Under the pieces are notes generated by a model. The model had not been told where the DNA came from and ran no database searches. It saw only the letters and a program-made list of their open reading frames with translations. A program made the position numbers and the translations under genes. A stretch of DNA of 64,000 nucleotides from Phycisphaerales bacterium (lineage in GTDB: Bacteria; Planctomycetota; Phycisphaerae; Phycisphaerales; UBA1924), in assembly GCA_029260495.1 (NCBI GenBank), contig JAJDDD010000009.1, positions 434,266-498,265 on the forward strand, written 5' to 3'. Positions 17,471 to 26,570 of the stretch are shown here, in pieces; the stretch's first letter is position 1; every line of letters starts with the position of its first letter.

Positions 17471-19667
17471 GTTTTTAATGAATGGCCAGGCTTCTGCGGA
17501 AGGCGGAGGCGAGGCGCCTGAAAACCTGCTGCATGTGGTGCATCGGCGGCTGCGCGGACGGTATCCGTGGGCGATTGCGCTTGGGCTGGTTCTGTCGCTG
17601 CCGTTCGCGGCGCTGGGATGGAAAGCGAAGCAGCCGGAGTTTCGGAGCACGGGTTTGGTTAATGTTGAAGATCAGGCTGAGTCGGTGCTTTTTGCAGATG
17701 TTCATACTCCGATCCGTCGGTTTGACACATTCGTGAACAAACAAGCGACGTTCCTTCGCGGGCGACGCGTAATTGACAAAGCGGTGGAGAATGAGGAGCT
17801 CCTGGATGTTGGTTGGCCACAGGGTCAGGAGGGCATTCGCCTGCTTCAAAAGAAGCTGTCGATCGGGTATGCGCGCGGGGAGTCATTGATCAGTGTCAAT
17901 GTTTCGCATCCGGACCCGACGATGGCGCGGATAGCGGTGAATGCGGTTCTGGACGCTTACAATGAGCTGTTCGGCGAGACAGGCGCGCTGCGAGCGACTG
18001 AAAAGGAACGCACGCTCCAGGAGCGCGAGCGGAAGCTCCTCAATGAAATTTCGGCGCTGCAAAGGCAGAAAATCGCCCTTTCCGAAGAGTTCGGCCAAGA
18101 CCAGCTAAGCACCATGCATGCGCGCAAGGTGGAGGAGCTCAGTGAAATTGATCGGGAAATGTCGCGCGTTGATGTCGCGATCAGCGAAGCGGAGCTACGC
18201 GATGAAGATGAGCAGAGTCGTGAGTCGCAGATCGCGAGCGTTGTTGAGACATTGTCCGAGCGTGATCCGGTGTTGAACACGTTGCAGCGTGACCTTGAAA
18301 CGCTGAGGGCTCAGTACGCGGGGCTGACAAATCTGGGCGAGAGGCATCGAACGAAGCGGCGTCTTCGCACTGAAATCGAGGTTAAACAGGCGCAACTTCA
18401 GAATCGATTTGACGAGTTGATTGAACAGGCTGGGGAGATGGGACAGTCTGAGCTTGGGACATTGCAGTTGCAGACGCCGCAACGGCTGCAGGCGTATCGC
18501 GAGCGGCTGATCGAGCGTCAGGAGGCCGTGCGCAATGACGCAAGCGAGCTGAACAAGAAACGACTTGAGCTGGACTTGATCAGCGAACAGATCGCGGAGA
18601 AAACGAAGATTCGGCTGTTGACAACCCAGCGGCTCGATCAACTTCGTGTTGAGCGCGAAAGCAGAACTGAGGGTCATGTGACCATCGCGCAGCACGGCGA
18701 CATTCCGGTGGACATCGAGGACAAGCGCAAGATGTTTGCAGCAATTGGCGCTATGTTTGGTGGCGGACTTGGCGTGGGGATCGTCTTTCTCCTTGGTCTG
18801 TTTGATAGCAGGCTGCGGTATATCGACGATCTTGAGCGAGAGGCGCTCGCCGTGCCATTGCTTGGCACGCTTCCTGATCTGGGATCGAAGAATCTTGAGC
18901 ATGATGAAATCGCGGCGCTAGCTGTGCATAATCTGCGCAATATGTTGCAGCTTCAGGCGTCTCCCGGGGACGGCAATTGCAGGGTGTATACGATCACGAG
19001 CGGTTCGCCGGGTGACGGCAAGACAAGTCTGGCGCTGGCGATGGGGATGTCGTTTGCATTGTCAGGACAAAAGACGCTGCTCCTGGACGCCGACCTGGTT
19101 GGGCATGGACTCACGCACGAGCTTGGGCATGATGGGGCGCAGGGATTGTGCCAGGCGGTGCGGGAAGAGGATGCGAAGACGCACATTCAGAGTACGACTA
19201 TTGAGAATTTGTGGACACTTCCGTGTGGCAGGCAAAATGTGATCGACGCGAAAAACCTCTCGCAGGAGATGATGCAGCATGTGATCGGGCAGTTGCGCCA
19301 GGAGTACGACACGATTATCGTGGACACGGGGCCGCTTCTTGGCAGTCTGGAGGCGAACTTGATGGCATCATTGTCCGACGGAGTCGTGCTGACGATCTCG
19401 CGTGGGCAGAACCATAAGTTTGTCAACGCCTGTCTAGAGAGGTTGCGGCAGATGAACGCGAAATGCGCGGGGCTGGTCTTCAACAAGGCGGAGGCGAGGG
19501 ATTTCAATCGGAGCGTGAGCGCTGCTTCAGTGTGTTCGCAGTCGATTCGGAATCAGTCGCTTCTGGATAAGTCTGCCAATGCGCCGGAGCGTAACGCGCG
19601 CGGCGCGTTGGTGCGGGCAGTGATCGGCGGACCTTCAGACGCCAATGAGGAAAAGCCGGCGGCGTGA
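17463..19667 (+). CDS. GumC/Wzc-like polysaccharide co-polymerase (chain-length determinant) with a C-terminal P-loop ATPase (BY-kinase-like) domain
   Basis: N-terminal TM, long coiled-coil periplasmic region and a second TM. Walker A TSGSPGDGKTS, A' LLLDADL and B IIVDTGPLL. No C-terminal tyrosine cluster. Confidence 0.75.
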   Translation: MDKFLMNGQASAEGGGEAPENLLHVVHRRLRGRYPWAIALGLVLSLPFAALGWKAKQPEFRSTGLVNVEDQAESVLFADVHTPIRRFDTFVNKQATFLRGRRVIDKAVENEELLDVGWPQGQEGIRLLQKKLSIGYARGESLISVNVSHPDPTMARIAVNAVLDAYNELFGETGALRATEKERTLQERERKLLNEISALQRQKIALSEEFGQDQLSTMHARKVEELSEIDREMSRVDVAISEAELRDEDEQSRESQIASVVETLSERDPVLNTLQRDLETLRAQYAGLTNLGERHRTKRRLRTEIEVKQAQLQNRFDELIEQAGEMGQSELGTLQLQTPQRLQAYRERLIERQEAVRNDASELNKKRLELDLISEQIAEKTKIRLLTTQRLDQLRVERESRTEGHVTIAQHGDIPVDIEDKRKMFAAIGAMFGGGLGVGIVFLLGLFDSRLRYIDDLEREALAVPLLGTLPDLGSKNLEHDEIAALAVHNLRNMLQLQASPGDGNCRVYTITSGSPGDGKTSLALAMGMSFALSGQKTLLLDADLVGHGLTHELGHDGAQGLCQAVREEDAKTHIQSTTIENLWTLPCGRQNVIDAKNLSQEMMQHVIGQLRQEYDTIIVDTGPLLGSLEANLMASLSDGVVLTISRGQNHKFVNACLERLRQMNAKCAGLVFNKAEARDFNRSVSAASVCSQSIRNQSLLDKSANAPERNARGALVRAVIGGPSDANEEKPAA

Positions 19668-21109
19668 ACTCGCTGCACGAGAGCGTGGTGATGCATCAGA
19701 GGCCGGCTGAAATTTCAGCGGATCGGTGGTCACGCGCCCATACTCGAGTGTGGGGGCTTTCCATTGAGGAAACCCATGATCGTTATTGGGCTTCCAAAGG
19801 CGTGCAGGTTGTGCGGCCTGGCGGGGCGGCGGTGATTGGCCGGGGCCCGATGCTGTACCTGCTTCTTCGGCGTGGCGAGCTGGTGCTGTTCAAATTCGCA
19901 CCTGTGGTCAAGCGGCTGAACTGGATTCGATCGCGCGCGATGCGTTTACGGATCGTTGATCTGGACGCGGACTCCTATGTTGAGCGGGTGATTGCAGATG
20001 ATGATGGCGGATTTATTGCGATTCGCAGGGACTACAGCGTCGAGACGCACGGCTCGACGCGCGCCGCGGTCACAGGCGAAGCAAAGCTTGCGCGGCAGTG
20101 GCGCGATGCGGACAACGCGCGGGAGGGATGGCGAGCGATTGTTGCGCGAGCGGGGGCGGATCGGACGAGTGTGCATCGTTGCGTGGGGCGGATATTTGAC
20201 GCTGAGGATGATGAATCGCTTGAAGAGTGTCTGACAAGCCTGATGCAGCGGTGGAAAAATCCAACGCTGGGTTTGGATGGCGTTTATGAGTTCATGCCTG
20301 GCGTTCTTTTGCATGAGTCTGCGGAAGTTGAATCTGGAGCAGTGCTGCTGCCTCCGGTGTGGATTGGAGCCGGTTCGCGCATTGGTGGACAGGCGGTGGT
20401 CGTTGGGCCAACTCTTACGCCCGATGAGCCTGATGCCCAGCCAACACAGCGGGAAGTATCGTGGGAGCGGATTCAGTATCCCGGTTGGCGTCCGACACCG
20501 AGGTTGCGCGGGCGATGGTTCCGCATGAGCAAGCGCGTGTTTGATATTGGTTTCAGCCTTGCGGTGCTCGCGGCAACGGCGCCGATCTATCCAATCGCAA
20601 TCGCGTTGATTTTTCTGGAGGATGGGTGGCCGCCCTTTTTTGCGCACAGGCGGCAGACACGGCGGGGGCGAACGTTTCCGTGCTACAAGTTTCGCACGAT
20701 GTCTCGCGGGGCGGATTCAATGAAGGAGGAACTGGAAGCGAGCAATGTCTGCGACGGGCCGCAGTTCTATATAGAGGTAGACCCGCGTGTGTCGAAGGTT
20801 GGCAAGTGGCTTCGGCGGTTTCAGATTGATGAACTACCACAGTTTTGGAATGTGTTGCGCGGGCATATGAGCGTCGTTGGGCCGCGCCCGAGCCCGGACA
20901 GTGAAAATCAGTATTGTCCTGCGTGGCGTGAGGCGAGGCTGAGCATTCGGCCTGGTGTGACGGGCCTGTGGCAGGTGCGGCGCACGCGGGAGCCTGCGAC
21001 GGATTTTCAGGAGTGGATTCGGTATGACCTTGAGTACGTTCAGCATGAGAGCTGGCGTCTGGACCTTTGGATCATTCTCAAGACGATTGGGAAGGTCATC
21101 AAGAGCTAG
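19664..21109 (+). CDS. Priming sugar-1-phosphate transferase (bacterial sugar transferase family, WbaP/EpsE-like) with an atypical ~285 aa soluble N-terminal domain
   Basis: GTGA overlap start. The C-terminal ~195 aa (RVFDIGFSLAVL...KFRTM...DELPQFWNVLRGHMSVVGPRP) is the conserved catalytic domain. The N-terminal domain has no TM helices and an LbH-like stretch. Confidence 0.8.
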   Translation: MNSLHESVVMHQRPAEISADRWSRAHTRVWGLSIEETHDRYWASKGVQVVRPGGAAVIGRGPMLYLLLRRGELVLFKFAPVVKRLNWIRSRAMRLRIVDLDADSYVERVIADDDGGFIAIRRDYSVETHGSTRAAVTGEAKLARQWRDADNAREGWRAIVARAGADRTSVHRCVGRIFDAEDDESLEECLTSLMQRWKNPTLGLDGVYEFMPGVLLHESAEVESGAVLLPPVWIGAGSRIGGQAVVVGPTLTPDEPDAQPTQREVSWERIQYPGWRPTPRLRGRWFRMSKRVFDIGFSLAVLAATAPIYPIAIALIFLEDGWPPFFAHRRQTRRGRTFPCYKFRTMSRGADSMKEELEASNVCDGPQFYIEVDPRVSKVGKWLRRFQIDELPQFWNVLRGHMSVVGPRPSPDSENQYCPAWREARLSIRPGVTGLWQVRRTREPATDFQEWIRYDLEYVQHESWRLDLWIILKTIGKVIKS

Positions 21110-21118
21110 GAACGAGCT

Positions 21119-24100
21119 ATGACGAATCGGGCGAAAAAAAGACTTTTGCTGTTGGGTGTGTCGGTTGTCATCGCGGGCGGCGGCGTGGTGGGATTGCAGC
21201 AACTGCGCAATATACAGTCTGCGCGCACACTGAAGTCGAATTTTGAAGAAGGGATGGCGGCGCACGAAGCAGGGCGTCATAAAGATGCCTCTACAAAGCT
21301 CTGGTATTATGTGACTGTCGCGCAGTCGGACGACGTGGATGGTGAAGCTCTGCTCGCGTTTGTCGAGAGTCGCCGGCAGACACCGGACGAGAACGGAAAG
21401 CATTTGCTTGAATCAATCCTGGTGGCGAAACGCGCAAGGGATTTAATGCCGAGCGACGTGCGGCCGCTTGAGCATTTGCTTGCGCTATATGGCATAACAG
21501 GGCAGTTTTCGGAACGGCTGGACGCTGCGAACCGATTGCTCGCGATTGATGACAAAAATTACGAAGGGATGAAGGCGAAGATCTCGTCATTTTGGCGATT
21601 GGGCGAGCGTGATCAAGCTCTCCAGGTTGCGCAGTCGATGGCGGAGGTGTACGAGGATGACATTTTTGCGCATTCCTTGGTCTTGCAGCTTTATGAGGAT
21701 CTCGACAAGCCAAAGCGCGAAATGCTGGATTATGCGCAAGCGGTCTCGAAGAAATACCCGGACGATGCGCGATTCACACTTCTTGTCGCGCAGGTGCACG
21801 CGGCTGCGAATGAAGATCAGAAGGCGAGGGAGATCGCGCAACAGGCTCTTGGGATGGATATTTCCGACGCGGTGACATTGCGGGAGTTGCTGCTCGTGCT
21901 CGACCGGCTCGGTATGACCGCTGAGGCGGCGGCGGTGATTGACCGAGAGACGGCGAAGGAAGGTGTGAGTGATGAGTTCTATGCGATCGCTGCGGAGCGG
22001 GCGTGGAAGGAGTCGCGCATCTCGAAGTCGCTCGAGTACATCAGGCGGGCGTCAGTTGATCCGGAGTCGGCCAAGGATAACGTCCTGGGATGGCGGGCGT
22101 TCCTTGAACAAGGAGCGACGGATGTAAGCGAGCGTGAGAGTATTGTTGAAATTCTGCGCGGGCGGGGAACTCCGGAGGCAGCGACGTGGATTTCATTGCT
22201 TCGGGCGCAGGATGCGATGGCGCAAAGCGATTGGGCGTTAGCGCAGGAGGAGCTGCGCACAGCGCAGACGACAGATGATGGAAACTCGCTCGCCATCTAC
22301 ATGATGGGTGAGACTGAGCGCCGGCTGGGCGAGTGGCGGGCCGCGATTGAGCGCTGGGGTGAGCTGCGCAAGACCGAGCCAACGTGGGTTCGCTTGCATG
22401 TTGATTTGGCCTCTGCGCTGCTCGACCATGAGTTCCCTGCTGAGGCGTACATCATCGCGGCGCGTGGGGCGCAGGTGGCGCCGAACCAGGTTGTGATGGC
22501 GCCTGTGCTCGCGCGGGCTTCTATGGAAGTGATCGAGCGCCAGATATTGACGGGAACGGAAGCTGAAACTCCGCTGGCGTTTCTTGAAGAGCTACGAGAG
22601 AAGCTTCCTCCATCGGGATTTGTACAGTCGCTTTTGGCGCGGGCGTATGCAGCTTTAGACAGGCCGGCCGAAGCGAAGGAGGCCATTGAAGTTATTTTCA
22701 AGAACGATCTTGAGGCGCCATCTGACTCGCTGGGGCCGCTCCTTGCGATGAACAAACGGTATGAATGGGGGTTTGCCGAGCAGATTCGTGCGGTGAGTCC
22801 GGAATCGCCCGCGAGTGTATTTACGCTGGCGATCGAGGCGCACCAGGCAGGTGACACGAAGGCAGGAATGCGCATGTTGCGCAATGCGGTCGAGTCGCAC
22901 GAAGGCGGCGAGCGGCTGGCGTATGAGCTTCGTCTCGCGGCGTATCAGGATCTTGTAGATGCGCCAGAGGCATTGGAGAATTTGAGCCGGATCGGCGCGG
23001 ACAACCCACAGTCAGCTGAAGCGCAGCGGCTGGTGCTCAACTCACGGGCGGCCTGGCGGGATGAAAAGATCGTCAGCTCCGCGATCGCGAGCTTGCGGAA
23101 TCTGGCTGGGAACAAGTCATCGCTCTGGCGCGTCGCGGAAGCGCGGCGACTGTTGACGTTTAGCGATCCGAACAATCCGAACGATCGGCAGGACAAGGCT
23201 GCCCGCGTCGTCAACGACGTATTGAAATCGGTCATTACGAATGATCCGCGGGCAGGGCGGGCGCATGAGCTTGCTGCTGAAGCCTGGCTTATTCTTGATG
23301 AACGCAATAACGCGATCCATCACCTGGAGCTTGCGCTCGCGGCCCAGCGCGATGCGATACGTCTGTATCCAAAGCTGATTTCACTCTTTCAGCAAGCAGG
23401 CGATGCGGAAGGCGCAAAGCGGTATCTTCAGAAGTTTTCACAGCAAACAAACATCACTCCTGAAATGCAACGACGGCGAGCTGCGCTGCTCGTTTCGCAG
23501 AACATGATTGATCCAGCGATGGATGATTTTCGCAGCCTGGCGCAGGCGGGCGACGTGAGAGCACAGGTTTCGCTGGCTGCATTGCACTCTCGCCTGGGTG
23601 AGGTCGGTCAGGCAAGAGAGATGTACGAGCAGGCGCTGAGGCATGATGACGAGTTGGCGCCTTTTGTCGCGGAAGCTGCTGCGGAGTATTTTGCTTCGCA
23701 AGGCGAGATGGATCGAGCGCGCAGCATTTTGACCGAACATCTCAAGGATGCGGGACGCGAGGGGATGCTGGCCGCGCTGCTCATGAGGCACGGTCTTGCC
23801 GGTGAAGCTGAAGATATTTACACCCGCTTGGCGCAGTCTGAAAACTCGGGGGCAGCATGGAGCGATCTTGCCCGATTCTACCTTTCACAGCGGCGCGTCG
23901 ATGAGGCAGAGCAGGCAATTAGCCAGGGGCTTGCCGTAGCGCCTGATGATGAAAATCTTATACACACAGCGAGCATGGTGTCCATGGCGGGCGGTGAGGA
24001 GATCGCAGCAGAGGGGCTCTCTGATGCGCTGACCGCGTTTGGACTCGATCCGGACAGTCGCTCGGGCATCGCGCTTCAGGAGGCGCTGGATCATATCCAG

Positions 24101-25297
24101 GCGAACCCGACGGACCTTGACGGCTACATTGACCGGCTGCGTCGACTGGTGGAGCGAGATGCGACGTTTTATCCAGCCTGGCAGATGCTTGTGCAAGCCC
24201 ATATGCGCAAGGGTGATGTTCCCTCGGCGCTGGAGGTTGCGCAGTCCGCGACTCAATCACTTCCAGCTGACCCACGTCCGGCGAAAATGGTGACCGAGCT
24301 TCTCATGCGCCAAGGGCGCACGGATCAGGCGATTGCAGCGGCGAAACTGTGGCGCGAACGCGCGCTTGCGAATCCGTACCCCACCGATCTGCTAATTGCG
24401 CAGTTGAATGACCGAATGGGTCGTTATGAGGAAGGACTTGGATGGCTGGCGCCCTACCGTGATCGGATTATTCGTGAAGGAGACACGGCGCCGACGCCTC
24501 TTGAGTTGCTCGCATCGTTGCACGCAGGAGCCGATCAAGAGGAGATTGCTCTTGAGTTGCTTTGGGATCGGGCCCAGGAAAGTCAAGCGTGGCGGGGAGG
24601 GTACCTCCGCGCCGGCTATCGCATGTTTGATCGCCCGGCCGAGGCACGGGAGTGGTTTGAGCGCGTGACGCCGCTCATGCTCAGCACAACTTCAGAACGA
24701 ATCGCGATGGGGCGGGCTTGGTATGACCTTGGCGTGCAGCATGTGACCAGAGAGGACTTCCAGCGCACGGTGGACATCGTTGAGCCGGCGCTGGATGATC
24801 CGGACGCGCGTGGGGCGGCTGCGGCGTTTTGTGCTGCGTGCTATGAGCAACTGAATCAGCCGGAAGAAGCGGAGCGGCTGTATCGGGTTGCAATCAGTGA
24901 AAATCCGGGCCAGGCGGATCTCAAAAACAATCTTGCGTTTCTGATTCTGACGCAGGGCGGCTCGCTGGAAGAGGCGTTGGCGCTCGCGACGAGCGCGACA
25001 GAATCCTCGTTGAACATCGCGACGTTCTTCGATACGAAAGGGCAGGTGCTGTTCAAACTCGGGCGGGCGGAGGAAGCTGAGACAGCGTTCCGCCAGGGGC
25101 TGGAGATTGATCCGGCGGATCCCTTGCTCCTGATCGGCCTGGCGGAAGCGTTGCATGCGCAGAAGGAGTTCGGCGAAGCGCAGCGCGTGCTTTCGCTGCT
25201 TGAAGCCATGAACAACTTTCGGTCCGGGCTGAGCGGTGATCTGACTGCTCGCTACAACAGTGTGAAGAGTCAACTTCGCGCCAGTGGGGGGGATTGA
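21119..25297 (+). CDS. Very large TPR-repeat protein (1392 aa) with an N-terminal signal anchor. PrsT-like PEP-CTERM-system TPR protein.
   Basis: AGGAA RBS. KKRLLLLGVSVVIAGGGVVGL anchor. Repetitive A/L/E/R-rich TPR-like helices throughout. Sits adjacent to the exosortase core. Confidence 0.7.
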   Translation: MTNRAKKRLLLLGVSVVIAGGGVVGLQQLRNIQSARTLKSNFEEGMAAHEAGRHKDASTKLWYYVTVAQSDDVDGEALLAFVESRRQTPDENGKHLLESILVAKRARDLMPSDVRPLEHLLALYGITGQFSERLDAANRLLAIDDKNYEGMKAKISSFWRLGERDQALQVAQSMAEVYEDDIFAHSLVLQLYEDLDKPKREMLDYAQAVSKKYPDDARFTLLVAQVHAAANEDQKAREIAQQALGMDISDAVTLRELLLVLDRLGMTAEAAAVIDRETAKEGVSDEFYAIAAERAWKESRISKSLEYIRRASVDPESAKDNVLGWRAFLEQGATDVSERESIVEILRGRGTPEAATWISLLRAQDAMAQSDWALAQEELRTAQTTDDGNSLAIYMMGETERRLGEWRAAIERWGELRKTEPTWVRLHVDLASALLDHEFPAEAYIIAARGAQVAPNQVVMAPVLARASMEVIERQILTGTEAETPLAFLEELREKLPPSGFVQSLLARAYAALDRPAEAKEAIEVIFKNDLEAPSDSLGPLLAMNKRYEWGFAEQIRAVSPESPASVFTLAIEAHQAGDTKAGMRMLRNAVESHEGGERLAYELRLAAYQDLVDAPEALENLSRIGADNPQSAEAQRLVLNSRAAWRDEKIVSSAIASLRNLAGNKSSLWRVAEARRLLTFSDPNNPNDRQDKAARVVNDVLKSVITNDPRAGRAHELAAEAWLILDERNNAIHHLELALAAQRDAIRLYPKLISLFQQAGDAEGAKRYLQKFSQQTNITPEMQRRRAALLVSQNMIDPAMDDFRSLAQAGDVRAQVSLAALHSRLGEVGQAREMYEQALRHDDELAPFVAEAAAEYFASQGEMDRARSILTEHLKDAGREGMLAALLMRHGLAGEAEDIYTRLAQSENSGAAWSDLARFYLSQRRVDEAEQAISQGLAVAPDDENLIHTASMVSMAGGEEIAAEGLSDALTAFGLDPDSRSGIALQEALDHIQANPTDLDGYIDRLRRLVERDATFYPAWQMLVQAHMRKGDVPSALEVAQSATQSLPADPRPAKMVTELLMRQGRTDQAIAAAKLWRERALANPYPTDLLIAQLNDRMGRYEEGLGWLAPYRDRIIREGDTAPTPLELLASLHAGADQEEIALELLWDRAQESQAWRGGYLRAGYRMFDRPAEAREWFERVTPLMLSTTSERIAMGRAWYDLGVQHVTREDFQRTVDIVEPALDDPDARGAAAAFCAACYEQLNQPEEAERLYRVAISENPGQADLKNNLAFLILTQGGSLEEALALATSATESSLNIATFFDTKGQVLFKLGRAEEAETAFRQGLEIDPADPLLLIGLAEALHAQKEFGEAQRVLSLLEAMNNFRSGLSGDLTARYNSVKSQLRASGGD

Positions 25298-25349
25298 AAA
25301 TGTTATTCGTGGGGCGCATTGATTGTTGCTGTGTTTTCGGAAGGAGTCG

Positions 25350-26123
25350 ATGATGAAGGGTGTCATCCTGGCGGGCGGGCTTGGAACCAGGCTGCGCCCG
25401 CTGACGCTTGTGACGAATAAGCATCTGCTGCCGATCTACGATCGGCCGATGATCTACTATCCGATTCAATGCCTGCTGAACGCGGGGATTGATGAAATCC
25501 TTCTGGTGACTGGTGGTGAGCACGCGGGAGACTTTCTCAAGCTCCTTGGCAATGGGAAATCGCTTGGCATCAAGGAACTGCACTACACCTATCAGGAAGG
25601 TGAAGGAGGCATTGCTGATGCGTTGTCGCTGGCGGAAGACTTTGCAGACGGTGGAAAGATTGTCGTAATTCTGGGTGACAACATTATCGAACGCAATATC
25701 GCGCGGGCGGCAGAGGACTTCTCCACGCAGGCAACCGGCGCCAAGATTCTGTTGAAGGAGGTCGCTGATCCTGAGCGGTTCGGCGTCGCGCGGGTTGAGG
25801 GCGAACGAGTGGTGGAGATCGTTGAAAAGCCCGAAAACCCAGCATCGCGCCTCGCGGTGACAGGCATTTATATGTACGACAACACCGTTTTTCAGATCGT
25901 TCGCGGCGTTAATCCCAGCGATCGCGGAGAGCTTGAGATAACGGACGTTAATAATGCGTATATCAAGCGAAGCGATATGACGTACGAAACGATGGCTGGC
26001 TGGTGGACGGACGCAGGGACGTTCCAGAGCCTCTACCGGGCGAATCAGATGGTCGCTGAGGGCGGAGCCAATCATATGGATGCGGCGGCGCCCAAGGCGG
26101 GGAAGGCAGCGTCGATAGCATAA
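25350..26123 (+). CDS. Glucose-1-phosphate thymidylyl/uridylyltransferase-like sugar nucleotidyltransferase (RmlA-like short form)
   Basis: GGAAGGAG RBS then ATGATG. MKGVILAGGLGTRLRPLT...KHLLPIYDRPMIYYPI is the canonical RmlA N-terminus. Confidence 0.8.
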   Translation: MMKGVILAGGLGTRLRPLTLVTNKHLLPIYDRPMIYYPIQCLLNAGIDEILLVTGGEHAGDFLKLLGNGKSLGIKELHYTYQEGEGGIADALSLAEDFADGGKIVVILGDNIIERNIARAAEDFSTQATGAKILLKEVADPERFGVARVEGERVVEIVEKPENPASRLAVTGIYMYDNTVFQIVRGVNPSDRGELEITDVNNAYIKRSDMTYETMAGWWTDAGTFQSLYRANQMVAEGGANHMDAAAPKAGKAASIA

Positions 26124-26160
26124 GCACGCGTACTTGATATCCCATAGTTATCACACTTAA

Positions 26161-26197
26161 CGGAGCTCCTCGCGATGGCGGGCGGCTCCGTTTTTTT
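26161..26197 (+). terminator. Rho-independent terminator ending the EPS operon
   Basis: CGGAGC...GCTCCG stem followed by seven T residues, 38 nt after the RmlA-like stop. Confidence 0.6.
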
Positions 26198-26570
26198 ATG
26201 CGCACAAATCCATTGGCGGGTTCTCGGACATACGAACCATGTTGGCAAGTGAAAACAATCGACTGATAACAAAGATGTTGCACAACTGCGCGCACTGGCG
26301 CTGGACGTTCACTGGGGCGCGTATATCTCTTGGGCAGCGCAGGTAAGAGAGTTGTCAACTTTATCAGAGGCCCCTGTGGGAATAGCGAATCTGGCGCGAA
26401 TATGCCGGCGCTGAATCTGCAAGAGGCTGGCGAAACGGTTGACCACTCTCAGCCCTGGTGTACTTAGAAGTAAGTGACTGACTTTCGGCGAGCGTCACCG
26501 ACTCATGCTCGCTTCATGTATTTCTGATCCCGTTTACCGGCGCTGTGTCGCCCGAGTCGGACGGGGAGCA

